Shown: positions 1 through 11,667 of the stretch, one piece after another
How the letters are laid out: each line of letters begins with the position of its first letter
Numbering within the stretch: the stretch's first letter is position 1
NCBI RefSeq assembly: GCF_006345805.1
Contig: NW_021836131.1
Coordinates: 1 to 64,000 of the forward strand
Reading direction: 5' to 3'
From: Octopus sinensis
Lineage: Eukaryota
DNA length: 64,000 nucleotides
Notes under the pieces: model-generated
What the model was told of the DNA's origin: nothing
Database searches by the model: none
The model's input: only the letters and a program-made list of their open reading frames with translations
Position numbers and translations under genes: made by a program

Positions 1-224
1 AGACACTTAAGTACATTTAACGAATGTGGACATAAAAAGCAAATACCCTATTTCATTTTTAATGATATTTTATGAATCAAGGAAAATAAGATGGAGTGAC
101 CAGAACGCATGGACTCCAGAATCTCAATAATTAATTTTAATTACGTTAAATTGCTATAATAATATAAACACAACCAAATTTAAGAAGCCAAAATCATTAA
201 AAACGAATCAAAACGAGGAAAAAA

Positions 225-873
225 TCATTTTAGACTCCTTGTTTCGGCCTCATACCAAGCTTATTCATAGTCCTCTTCATTTCGTCGTCCCCCTCCTCAT
301 ACATCTTTTGCATCATATTCATCAAATTGGCTTGTGGGTCAGCATTGTCGTCCATTTTAGGCACTGCTGACTCCTTCTCTTTCTTCTCCAAAATATCTGC
401 CCAATTTTCAGCCTTTTCCTTCTTAAGGACAGCAACCAAACCACGTGATTTCGACTTTGAAGATAATTTCAACAAATACTTGGATTGTAGAAGAACCATC
501 AACGACTCCAGCAAAAAGGCATAGATTTAAAACGTGGGTCCTTCCAGTCCGGTCGGGAATCGTTATTTTCACGGAATTTTTATTTGGATGAGTAATAGAG
601 GACTGTTCCAAGTTATATTCGAATTCGGGATTAATATATATCTTAACATGAGTATTATTTTGATCCCAAGCTAAGAATAACTGGTATTTTAAGAGACACC
701 GTATTTGTCTATGGGAACAGTCGATGTAACGATATTTTGTGAATTTGTTTCTTGACGAGAATTGGAAGCGTCCAGGATCCTTGTTACACTCAGAATTCCG
801 GCATCCAATATTCCTGACATATGAGGTCTTTGATATTTGTCTTAGTGTTGTATTCAGCAAGCGCTTGTTCCAT
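225..873 (-). CDS. CACYBP: Calcyclin-binding protein / SIP (CS + SGS domains), multi-exon
   Basis: Spliced translation TVPIDKY|AWDQNNTHVKIYI...DGSSTIQ|SKSRGLVAVLKKEKAENW...DPQANLMNMMQKMYEEGDDEMKRTMNK matches the CS and SGS motifs. Introns of 29 and 25 nt. Two apparent single-base assembly deletions; restoring one gives KAWYEAETRSLK*. Confidence 0.9.
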
Positions 874-999
874 TACAACAGCACGTTTAGAAACTCGTAG
901 AAATTTTTTTATTACAAAATTTTACTTATAAACAAATAATATTAAATATTTTTAATCTCATTTACAACACTAAAAATGTAATTTAATATCAATAAATGA

Positions 1000-1850
1000 G
1001 GGATAATTTTAACATTTAGAACCATTTATAATGACACAATATAAACCTTATAACTCATAGTTTTAATTTAGATATCTAAAAGAAAATTATATAATCAAAC
1101 ATTAATCAATTAACCTTTAAAAATCGTATCGTTTTTGTTTTAAACTTTTATTTTTAATCCGGGACTGCTTTCAACTATCATACTTTTCAAAGTCTTTTAT
1201 TTTAATTGACTTTATGAAACGCCCTTAATATCTTACTTTATTTTGGATTTGTACAAGCATCCTAGATCGAACATTTTGAATTTTCATAACGTTTGGGCTG
1301 AGAAAGTCAATTTTATTCTGAATAATAATTTATAAGATATTACATCAGGAAATTTGGTTGAATTAAAAAAATTGTTCCTTATAAAAAAAACTCCGTTTAT
1401 CCTTGATGTTAATTAAAAAAAATTAATTATTTTAAGTAAGTTCCTAATTATTAGTAACATATATTCGATTTAATTGTTTTAAAATCTAAGAAAAACGTTG
1501 CTTACAGCTGAACTATTTTGAGGATATTTTGTGTTTGATATTTAAAACATCACATAAAAAATTTAAATCAGGAAATGGGAGGTAACGCGTTTGTAATTCA
1601 CGAATGCAGCCACTGGCGAATCCTGATTTCCTTTTGAAAATCGTTGTTTTTCACATAAAAATATTATCACACATAATATTTCAAAAAATGACTGGTTTTG
1701 TGGTTTAAATCGATTTATCACATCCATCCAATAACCTAACTTATTAAACAGATTTAATTCAACATCATCTGAGTAATACCATCAGGAAAGATATCAAAAC
1801 ATGTTCATTTAAAAATTTTATTTCTATTTCTGATAACTGATTTAAAATTT
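1000..1850 (-). CDS. Probable unidentified multi-exon gene (boundaries uncertain)
   Basis: Coding-like stretches (NSTKFPD|NKIDFLSPNVMKIQNVRSRMLVQIQNK; DVELNLFNKLGYWMDVINRFKPQNQSFFE) joined by a plausible 26-nt GT-AG intron. No family recognised. Confidence 0.25.
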
Positions 1851-1935
1851 TACGTAATAATCCGACGTTAATCGATTATCACGTAACATTTATAACTCGT
1901 AGCTTCCGCATTTTTTACACTTTGTTAACTAATTT

Positions 1936-3343
1936 ATGCGTGATTGGTTTTGGAGATCAACAGTTCCTTGATACTTATTGTTACAACACAAAAACAATCG
2001 CCTATATTTGCTTTAACTCTCTGGTATTTAGGTGACATATATTCTAGTTTTTATTATTTTGAAACAAATGGAACATTTTCAAGATCTAATAAAACAATGG
2101 AATTGATTGGATGTGGTTAATTTGGCAAAGACCGCCATTTACATTAATCTCATTTTGTGTCATTTTGGGTACATTCTGTTCAGTCTTGTTTTAATGAGAA
2201 TTTGCCCGGTTCGATTGAGAAAATTTATATTTTAGGAAAACTTGAACCAGGAATACAAATCAGAAAGTGGATTTTTACCTTACTTTAAGGATAATGGATT
2301 CAAGCAATATATTGTTACTATTTGCTCATTTTTTGGACTACAATATTTTTTAAAGTCCCCAATGGACTGTCTGTAACAAAATTTATTTAATGACACCTTC
2401 AAACAAAATTTATTTCAGTCTCAACTTCATTGCTTTGATCTTCTGCCTAATTCTTCTCTACAAGGGAATTTACTTCCCGACCAATAAAGACTGTGGACCA
2501 ACTGGAAATTGGATATTTGACTATTATTGGGGGACTGAGCTTATAAATCCGAAGATAGGGGGATTGATATTAAAGTTTATTTCTTTTATTGGTTAAGTTG
2601 GTTAGGTATTCACAAACTGTCGTTTTGGTATGATGGTTTGGGGACTACTTGTGTTTTTTTGCAATCAAGAGTTGGGAGTTACATGGTTTGTTGATTCCAT
2701 GTTTGTGAATTCCTTTCTTCAGTTGTGTTATATCAGCAAGTTTTTTTTGGTGGGAGATTGGATACATGAGGACTATTGATATCGCAGTTGATCGAGCAGG
2801 GTTTTATATATGTTGGGGTTGTCTAGTATTTGTCCCTACGCTGTACACTCTGGTTAGTATTGTTTTACGTAATGGTTAGAGTGGATGTATCTGTATCCAG
2901 ACCTGTATATCTCGGCTGGTTTTGTTCAATCTGTCTCTTAGTTTTTGGAGTTGGTGCTATTTTTGTTAATTATGATATTGATTGGCAAAAGAAAAAAGTA
3001 AGAGAAACAAATGGAAATGTTTTATTTGGAGAAAAAAACCAAAGTTTATAAAAGCGGCTTATACCACAACCGACAATCAAGTTCGTCACTCGCTTTTGTT
3101 GGCCAGTGGGTGGTGAGTTTGAGTCGGCATTTTTTAATTTTTTGCCGAGTTGTGTTCTGCACTTTTTGGACACTGCCGTGTGGATTTGGGAGTTTACTTC
3201 CATATTCTTATTTTATTTTTCTATTTGTTTTGCTCTTTCATCGCAGTTTCAGGGATGAGAAGAAGTGCAGACTCAAATATGAAAAATTTTGGAATTTGTA
3301 TTGTGATGCAGTCCCATATAAAATAATTCCGTTTATTTACTAG
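1936..3343 (+). CDS. DHCR7: 7-dehydrocholesterol reductase (ERG4/ERG24 sterol reductase family), multi-exon
   Basis: Motifs KGIYFPTNKDCGPTGNWIFDYYWGTEL.NPKIG, DIK|VFTNCRFGMMVWG, ISKFFWWEIGYMRTIDIAVDRAGFYICWGCLVFVPTLYT, HRSFRDEKKCRLKYEKFWNLYCDAVPYKIIPFIY*. Introns of 24-31 nt; several indel frameshifts. Confidence 0.9.
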
Positions 3344-3477
3344 ATTTTAATTAAAATAAAGCTCTTTTTACTCATTTTACATTTTTAATACAAGATATAT
3401 TCTTACGTTATTAATCAAAATATCAAATAAAGAATTTTAGCTAAAATCGTTGATGATATTTCTTTTTTAATGTCAAG

Positions 3478-5200
3478 ACCTTGCAGCCAGCTTCTCCTTA
3501 TTTATCATCCCCACATCAGAGACAGTCACCTGAGGTGACAAGGAATCACCCTCGAGTATTCCTCTTTCTAATTTCACCTCTCCCATTTCATTATGATTCA
3601 GAATTCGCTTTATTCTCCATTACGTTACAAGGTACTTCACAAAATCCAGAGTTTTCAAGCACCTGGAACAGAAAGTTGTGATCTACCGAATCGAACGCTT
3701 TCTTTACATTAATCCAGGTAGAAAACAAATTATTTCCGTTTTGCTTGTAAATGCACCGGTTTAAAAATTGCTTGTTCCTTTGCCCCTTGACACATTCGCT
3801 GAGTTCCCAATTGATTATCGGCAATCAGATTATATGCCTCAATATAATCTCCCAACTTCCTGTTAACACATTTCGTTGCAAGTTTATATAAGTTAGACAT
3901 ACAAGTAATTGGTCTTAAATCTTTGGGTCCTTGACAAATATCTTTCTTTGGGATGAGATATGTGATTCCAGTGTAGAACCACTCATCCGGTGTGTATTCA
4001 CCATGAATTATCTTGACTAGTTCTTGACACAAGTGATCATGGATTGAGGTAATTTTTTTAGAAAGAAATTATACACCCCATCACATCCGCTAGCTTTCCA
4101 GTTTGGGAGTTGTTTAATTATTTCAAGGATGCTTTCTTTACTAAACTCTGCAAATGTATCCTCTGCCCATGTCACTCTCTTGTTAATCTGTAACACACTA
4201 TCACTCCTCTCATTTTTACTCCATATTTTTTTTCAATATGATAGACATTCACTGTCATTTAACATAAACTGTGCACTCTTTTTTTCATCATTTAAAGTGC
4301 GATAGAAAAAACGCCGATTCGGTTCAAAAAACCAATTCTCCTTCCGGAATTCTTTTCTTGCATCATGGAGTCGAAGTTTCTTCTCAACAATCTTTATTTC
4401 GTCTCCAATGCAAGCAGAAATTCTTCAAAGTTCTCCTTTCTTTGCCTTTCGATATCCATATTCACTCAGCGTATCCCTCGCTGTATTATCAAACTTCAAG
4501 CTTCCTTTTTGATAAATAAGTGTATTAGTCTGTTCGTATTGTTCTTTAAGTTTAATTAGTTTTGCTTCCATAATTCCTTTCCAGTTGTTATTCTTAGGAG
4601 AGTATTTTGTAAGAGCTTAATATGTCAGCTGTGAAGCATAAACGATATCGGTGATATCATTCAAATTGGCAGGAGGGTTGGTCTTTATATATTCATTAAC
4701 CACTCCATTTATTCCAGACAATATTTCTTTTTTAAGTAGTTGATATGAGGCTTTTTTGGTCGGCTTTCTTTTTTTCCGAGAGATAGATTTTACTTGCTCT
4801 ATTTGGGAAAAAATTCAATTGAACAATCTCTAAAATTAGAGATTTCAGTCTTGTGATTCTTTTCTTGATCCATTGGAGAGTTAGACTTTGTTCCCGTCAT
4901 CTTAGCCAGACTCTTCACATTCGCCACAGATTTGGACGTGAGGAACTTTTCGTTAAAGCCTGAGTAATCAGTCGCCATCCACCACGTGGTATTTTTTTGA
5001 ATCTTGCTCAAGAAACGTTAACCACTTCCTTCGCCCATTTGATCATGTCCACCTGCGTTACTTGATCGATGATAACACGTAGAGTTAACAGATTAGCAGA
5101 ACAATCAGGTTGCGACACCGAATTTGGAGGGAGAATATCAGATTCTTACGTTCCAAGCTGCCCACGGACCACACGATCTACGTTATTAATGGAAAAAAGT
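3478..5200 (-). mobile_element. R4/Dong-like REL non-LTR retrotransposon, 5' part and RT, truncated
   Basis: RT motifs GITYLIPKK..LRPITCMSNLYKL..NQLGT..GAKEQAI, WINVKKAFDSVDH, GILEGDSLSP. Frameshifted and deleted after domain 4. Confidence 0.85.
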
Positions 5201-5218
5201 ATTTAAGTCTATATAAAA

Positions 5219-5291
5219 GCCCGGTTAGCTCAGTCGGTAGAGCATGGGACTCTTAATCCCAGGGTCACGGGTTCGAGCCCCGTATCGGGTG
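5219..5291 (+). tRNA. tRNA-Lys(CTT)
   Basis: 73-nt cloverleaf; anticodon stem TGGGA/TCCCA, loop CTCTTAA; GTTCGA T-loop; T-run terminator downstream. Confidence 0.97.
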
Positions 5292-5342
5292 GTTTTTGCA
5301 TTTAATTTTTTTGATTTCAGTAAGATATCAATAAAATAATTT

Positions 5343-5790
5343 TTACTCTTTCAAAAAAATCAATTCAATTACAATTTTTTTTTTCGTCAGTGATTTCTCT
5401 TCTTCGCTTGGAAGAAGAGTTTGCAACAAAATTCTCATCATTTTCCATTTTTGCGTCAAAGTAATTGTTCAACTGAGTTTCCTCACGACATGCCAGCTCC
5501 GCAAGTTGATTGGCGGCAGAGGCGTACTCCTCGTTGTCTACCTTCATCCCATGTCTGTGTTCAATAAGCATACTCTCTAGAGTCCTCTTCAGCACAGTCG
5601 ACTGGATGTATGTCCTCGTTCCTTCTTCAATGGATAACTTGTCCATATGACTTTTAAAGAACTTTGAGACAACTCCATCCCATGTCAAGACAATTTGAAT
5701 AATCTTCACTTTTGCTTCATAGAGAACCGACAGTTCGTTTGCAAACAGGTCATATTTGTGAAATTTCTCCAATTCAATTACAATAGAAAG
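5343..5790 (-). mobile_element. R4/Dong-like non-LTR element, 3' (REL C-terminal) fragment
   Basis: EKFHKYDLFANELSVLYEAKVKIIQIVLTWDGVVSKF...YIQSTVLKRTLES; the same motif recurs at 23.3, 42.6 and 60.2 kb. Confidence 0.8.
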
Positions 5791-5799
5791 GGAGTAAAT

Positions 5800-5985
5800 T
5801 ATTTGCCAGTAGCACCGCAGTGTGCGTTGCCGCGAACAATGGACAGTCCAATGCGCTGCCGGAACTAGTAATTCACTCTCGGATCCTTAAGCATGCCTCC
5901 ATTTGACAACCCGATTCGTTAGAGAACAAATGAGTGTCCTCTCCAGCGGCTCCAGCGGTACAACACAGTAGCGGATTTAACAACA
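5800..5985 (-). mobile_element. CRE-clade non-LTR element, 3'-terminal remnant
   Basis: Translates to VVPLE...RQRIGLSIVRGNAH, matching the CRE C-terminal QRIS(I/V)A(I/V)xRGN motif. Repeated in copy 2. Confidence 0.65.
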
Positions 5986-6088
5986 CAATACAAGAATTGA
6001 ATCAATTGTTATTTTAGCTATACATTTAGTATTTAATTAGCAGCAGAGGCGTGGGAATTGCCATTCCATACAAGAATTGAATATTATT

Positions 6089-7756
6089 TTAATTCAATGA
6101 ATTATCTTGATTAAAAAAACTAGTAAGAAATTTGATGGACGCACGATATATTTCATTATTCTTAGACATCTGCAAATTCTCGATAAAATCCAAAGTCCCA
6201 CTCGTCTCAATTAATTCTATAAATTCGTCAATATCCACCGCATTTTCCTCTGCTGCCTAAACATTTATACAAATCCCAATAACTTTAAAAATCGAAAAGA
6301 TTGAATTAAGAGATATTAAAACAATCTCTGGCACAGATTCAGGTTTTTTTAACAATTCAAAAATTGCAGTTACAATTTCCACTGATAAAAATCTGACAAC
6401 CTGAGATCCAACGGCACCTTTTAAAAAATTTTGAACAAACCACAAAGCTTCTAGTTGAATTTTGACATTTTTCTAAAATTTGTCCAGAAATACAAACCAA
6501 CATCATAAAGAAAATCAATCATCGATAAATGACAATTTTTTTGAAGAAGTCGCCATTTCTGACTAACATTTCCAGCGGCAACATTCGATAAGATCCAAAC
6601 GACCTCCGCTTTCAATGATTTGTCAACTTCGGGAAGTAAATTCATAAAAACAGACAGTCCTCCTTCGTCGATCACCATTTGAGTGTCAGAATCTGATCCC
6701 ATAACAATATTTCCAATAGTTCTTAGAGCAGAGTAAAAATTGTCACAATTTACTCCACTTTCCATTACTGACAACAAACTTTGTATCAATTCTTGATATT
6801 ATTCATTATTAAATACCAGGAGTAAACATCCCGAGTTTATTTTCAAATGAATTGGATGCAAAGGTTAGTGCCCAGGAAGCATTTGAACGAATTTCTGGAT
6901 TTTTGTTGTAAAAAAATTTCTCGGCATATGGGAAAAGTTGTTTTGCCGTTTTTTCATTCAAAGGCGATATGGAAGATCGATAAATGTTGGAAATAGTCCA
7001 GGAAATCATCTCCGACAACAAAATCTTTAAATTTGATAAAAATAAAAAAAACTGAGTCAAATTTCCCAATTAAAAAAATCAATGCTTCAGCTACTCCACA
7101 GTGAATGCAATAATCTCTGACAATGTCCCCATCACCTTAATAAAAAATAAATTGTATGTTAAAAACCCATTATATTTGAAAGAATCCACACATATTGTGC
7201 AAGGACATCCACATTTTCAACTTTAGAGATGCGTTCAACAATCACAGGGACAACACCACAGTCCACGACTGCTTTAGTCGATTCATGATCCCCTGAAGTT
7301 ATGTTCGTCAGTGCCCAAGACGCTTCAAGTTGTATTTTATAATCACTAATATTAAAATCGTAAAAAAACGATTCGGAACAAGTCAAACATTCAATAAGAA
7401 ATGGAATTGTTTCTGATTTGATTATTTCAGATACTGTGGCTGTTTCGTCGTCAACCAATTTTTGACGGATTTTGTTACTAATTCCAGACGAGGAGCATTT
7501 GTGGAAAGTTGGGGTAAATTTCCGATAAATTGAATCTACAAAATATTACATTTATTAGTTAACTTCATCTATGTCGCAATCACTTTTAGTTTCCTGAATG
7601 TTTCTTCGTTTAGCCAATAATTCTATTTTTTTAATTTTTCTAAGTTCCACAGAAGCTTCGGCTCTTCTCCGACGTAGTATCTTTATAGATTTTATTAAAA
7701 TATACATCTCCTGTTTTGCCCATATTTTTATAGTTTGAAATTCGGTTTCCAGACAT
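6089..7756 (-). CDS. Importin subunit alpha (IBB + ARM repeats), copy 1, multi-exon
   Basis: MSGNRISNYKNMGKTGD|ILRRRRAEASVELRK..LLAKRRNI (IBB); QLEASWALTNITSG, ALRTIGNIVMGSD, EVVWILSNVAAG; C-terminus IETSGTLDFIENLQ. KPNA paralogue not assignable. Confidence 0.95.
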
Positions 7757-7909
7757 GAAAAAATCACAAGAAAACAAGAATTTATTGAAATGCGCTATAA
7801 ATATATTTAAATATTATTTAACAATTTCATATTTCACTATTCATTAATTATAATTAAATTATTATTTCTAAACGCGCAATGGTCTCTTCAGAGTTTTCAT
7901 AAAATATCA

Positions 7910-8025
7910 GTCATGACCAACAAATCTCTGGAAGTCGTTGGAAGAATCGGGGAACTGATTTCCAAAGGACGGCAAGAACCGCGGACGAAGCAATGGCTGT
8001 TCCATTGCGATTCTGAGGGGCAACT
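7910..8025 (+). mobile_element. CRE-clade 3' remnant
   Basis: GRIGELISK..EPRTKQWLF[deletion]IAILRGN. Repeated in copy 2 at ~17250-17365. Confidence 0.55.
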
Positions 8026-8727
8026 TATAAATATCAGTGACATTAAATTTATGATTATTACAACACTTTTATTTATTAATTTCGCAAAAATAATAATAAT
8101 TTTGAATTACTCCAAGTCAACTTTACTTAAATATTTAAGTGAAAGTATTTTTTCAATTTGTTTATTTAATAAAATATTTAAAATCTTCTATCTGATAACA
8201 AAATTAGCTAAAATCTAAAGAGGACTCTGTGAGTATCTCGTTTTGTGCTTTCGGATTCACTTTTTCCTGACATTTAGTCAGTAGAGACATCCGACTGCAT
8301 TTTCCCGATTGTCTACACAACAGAGAAGAGGAACCTGAAAGGAAGGATCAGTGTGAAGTGCCGCTGCTTGTATACACTGTGAACTTAGTGCTTAGTTAGA
8401 CAATTAAGCAGTTAGTTAGTTTTTTCATTCAAAGAAACTGTTTCGAATTTAAATATCCGAAAAATCTAGAACATTATAATTTTGAGAAAACTTTAATTTT
8501 TGTCAAATTTGGTCAGGGAGAGCGTATAGATTCTCCTTGGAGATCCAGATATCAAAAAACAATAAAATATTAAAAAAGCAATTGTAAAAAGAAAGAAATA
8601 TTGTCACTTTGATTAATTAAAATTACCAGTTATAATAAATTATTCGCGAATTATTGTATTCTCTAGATGCCAGATAGATTGTTTAAAATAAAAACAAATT
8701 TCCACATGAGGTTTATAATGTATTATA

Positions 8728-9171
8728 ATGTATATTTTGATGGATGATGAAGAAATTGTCACTACCACAAATATAGATTTGGATAATTCATACTCTTTTC
8801 CTCAATATGTTAATCAGCATAATAATTGTTTTTCTAATATTTCGATTAATAATCAACTATTTGATTCTGATGCTACTAAATTATACCCCTGGATGAATCA
8901 AAAAAACAACAGTTTGTAATTTTTTGTAATTTTAGCGAATTCTTTAACATCACGCAAATGTCATACAAATGCTCAATTACTTGAAATGGAAAAGGAATTT
9001 TCCACAAATAAATACCCATCAAAAGATAAATTAGCTGAACTAGCCAAGAAAACAACGTTAACGGATAAACAGGTTAAAGTATGGTTTCAAAACCGACGAA
9101 TGAAACATAAAAAATCTACGGATAAATATGAACGTGATCAAAAAGAATTCAATGACTTTTATAACTATTAA
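8728..9171 (+). CDS. ANTP-class Hox/ParaHox-like homeobox protein with YPWM hexapeptide, copy 1 (139 aa, intron 8912-8935)
   Basis: Exon 1 ends KLYPWMNQKNN. After a 24-nt phase-1 intron: homeodomain SLTSRKCHTNAQLLEMEKEFSTNKYPSKDKLAELAKKTTLTDKQVKVWFQNRRMKHKK. Confidence 0.9.
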
Positions 9172-9329
9172 TTTCTAATTTGATTTATAAATTGGTTATC
9201 AAACTTGAAAATCATTTGCCATCGTCGGAGACGGTTGTCAAAATTCCCTGTTCTCTGGCCGCTGCTCGAAAAATAAAATTGCACCTTTCTCCCTAACATT
9301 GTTAAATTTGTTCTATTTCTGTTCCAGGC

Positions 9330-9460
9330 AAGTAATGTCAAAGGTTTTTTTGAAAAAATTGGAAGAATGATTTCAATCGCATTCTGGAGAGAAAAGAGAC
9401 GCCATGACTGTTCCAGAGGATCTCATTGGCGATCCAGAGGAACTGTCTTGCAGTATGACC
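9330..9460 (+). mobile_element. CRE-clade 3' remnant
   Basis: FEKIGRMISIA..EKR..*LFQRISLAIQR(G)N. Repeated, with changes, in copy 2. Confidence 0.65.
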
Positions 9461-10034
9461 GATTCTCCATCACTGTGATGAATCAAGAAAATTTATAAAT
9501 GGTTAATTTCTTAAAAATCGGCATTAAAATTTTTACCTAGTTTTGAAATTATTTTGTTCCATAAAAAATCGAAAATATTAATTTTGTTCAATTTTGGAAG
9601 TTAAAAATAAGCACCATTACAATTAAAAAAAATTAATTTATCAATCGTAAATGTCTTAAATATGCTTTTCTTTTGGTTTGATTTATTAGTTTCATTGTTT
9701 ATACATTTAACGATTTAAATGGCATTGAAGATTGATTATAATTCAATAATCTTTAAAATTTTTACGAAAATCTTTTTAAAGCGACGCCATTAAAAACGAG
9801 TAAAAATTATCTTAAATCTTTGGAAAAACATATTTTTTATAAATAGTCTAATTTTATTTATTAGCTTTCTTAATGAAAATTTAGAAATCGTTGAAAAATA
9901 TAAACTTACACGGGATTATCCATTCTATTTAGAAGATATAAAATGTAATTGATTTTAAAAGTGTATCGCAATTTTATCATTAAAAGCTGTTGCACAAAAA
10001 TGTAATAATTAGATAACAATATAAATCCAAAAAA

Positions 10035-10286
10035 TCATTTTACTGAAAATAAAATTATTTTGAAATTATCACATTCGAGAAAAACTGTTTTGTGTTCGTC
10101 TAGGGTGAGATCTGATGAATAATCCATTCCGAATAATATATTCCAGTGATTTCCAAATTTAAATTCGAATTTCTCTTTAATCAAGCAAGCAACTTTTAAA
10201 ATATCACCGTATTTTTGATAGTATTTGTTACAGCAATAAACGGCATATTCTTGGTAGTTTAAAAGTGTGTCTGTAGACTCTAACAT
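10035..10286 (-). CDS. Divergent dynein light chain (LC8/DLC fold), copy 1, intronless
   Basis: 83 aa ATG-to-stop ORF; pattern AVYCCNKYYQKY..VACLIKEKFEFKFGNHWNILFG.DYSS..T...F....KIILFS aligns with LC8. Confidence 0.8.
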   Translation of the reverse strand: MLESTDTLLNYQEYAVYCCNKYYQKYGDILKVACLIKEKFEFKFGNHWNILFGMDYSSDLTLDEHKTVFLECDNFKIILFSVK

Positions 10287-10562
10287 TGAACGGAAAAATT
10301 ATTTTAAAAAATTTAATGATATGAGACAAAAATTTTATAACAAAATTTATATGAAAAAAATAATAAATTTCAAAAAATCAAGTAATCCTTATGTTCACTT
10401 ATTTTATAAATCCCGTTTTATTTTTGTGTGATGTCATTAAACAGACTGGTGCTAAAATAACTCCAAAATTACTTAAGTTAGGTTTAGATAAGTTTTCTAT
10501 GCTTATATGCACTCAAATGTGTTTAATTCAATAATGTTAAATTATAATCAAACTCTAAAAAA

Positions 10563-10633
10563 TCCCATTTGCCAGGAATCAAGACGGTTCGATCGCATGG
10601 GAAGCAAACATGATACCATCACACCACAGATGC
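10563..10633 (-). pseudogene. tRNA-Gly(CCC) pseudogene, copy 1
   Basis: Reverse complement gcatctgtggtgtgatggtatcatgtttgcttcccatgcgatcgaaccgtcttgattcctggcaaatggga is colinear with the intact tRNA-Gly; T-arm and acceptor stem are broken. Confidence 0.85.
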
Positions 10634-11138
10634 TATTTCGGAGCTCACAATATCGATTCGGAAATGTCATCTTTAGAATATTTGTTAAATTATTATTTGA
10701 TTTAATTGATTATCCGATGTGTTTGATTTAATTGATTGTTTGATCTTTATACTACGGATGAATCCCACTGTTCCAGTAATGACATCATGGAAACATACTC
10801 TCAATTTTCTGAGTTTATCGAGGAGAGCCACGGACGATTACTATTAGCTTGTTCAAATTTTTATAATTTGAATTCGATAAAAATAATATTCCTTTTTTTA
10901 CTCCTACCAGTTTTCAATTTTAACCGTTTTTTATTTTTCAGAAGCAGTATCAGATAGTATCAAATAGAAAATGCTCAATAAATTGGGCAACCGTGTAGAT
11001 AGTGATTGCATTATTAAAAAATTTTTAATTAAATTAAATTTTTTAATGAAATTATCGATTTTTTAAATAATAATAAAATTTTTTTGAATAAATCAACATT
11101 AAAATAATTAGGTCATCTTTTGTGATTCTAAAATCTAG

Positions 11139-11667
11139 ATGTTAATAACTATTTTCATTTTTATTTTGTCTAATGTGATATGTGGGTCAGTATCATTTAA
11201 AGAATGTCAAGAATCATCATTCATAACAAGCATTGATGTTACAAATTGTAACATGAACTCATGTTATGTATTCGGAGAAGAGGATTTTGAAATGATAATA
11301 AATCTTACCATACGTATAGAAACGATTTTATTTTTAGCAAGATTACTCAGAAATTTCACAGTGGATGGATTTATGCAAGGGGATAAATTACATTTCCCAA
11401 TTTTTCAAAGAAAAGACGCATGTTATTATATCTCAGGGCAGTGTCCACCTTTAGATAACAATCAAATCAGCTTTAAGTATAAAAATAAACTTCCCAGTTT
11501 ATATTTTATTGTATTTATATATATTCATCATATAGCCAATGACTCTTAACGTGTTTATTGGTTTTTTTGAAGGCAAAAAAAGGATTTCCTGCGTAGAATT
11601 TTCTGTACAGTCTCGCACGCGTGAAAAAAAATTTGAAAAGAAAATTAATGTCAAAAATTCGATTTGA
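11139..11667 (+). CDS. NPC2-like ML-domain lipid/sterol-binding protein, copy 1
   Basis: Signal peptide, SVSFKEC..ITSIDVTNC..SC, DACYYISGQCPP, RISCVEFSVQ; introns of 24 and 25 nt. Confidence 0.8.

Noticed and set aside
225-873. Frameshifts in CACYBP (also POLD1 start, DHCR7, inner Tc1) as pseudogenisation or programmed frameshifting
   Set aside because: Most are fixed by restoring one base in a homopolymer, and the duplicated copies differ mainly in homopolymer length, typical of long-read consensus error.
1566-1630. Hairpin closed by aaatcagga/tcctgattt as a snoRNA, SECIS or tRNA-Sec
   Set aside because: Only a 9-bp stem with no box or quartet motifs, and the minus strand reads as plausible coding sequence.
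5000-5210. HDV-like ribozyme at the 5' end of the R4-like element
   Set aside because: I could not build a consistent P1/P2/P3/P1.1 pairing by eye; a covariance-model search is needed.
10507-10731. 74-aa plus-strand ORF as a gene
   Set aside because: It is the antisense of the tRNA-Gly pseudogene and flanking AT-rich DNA.
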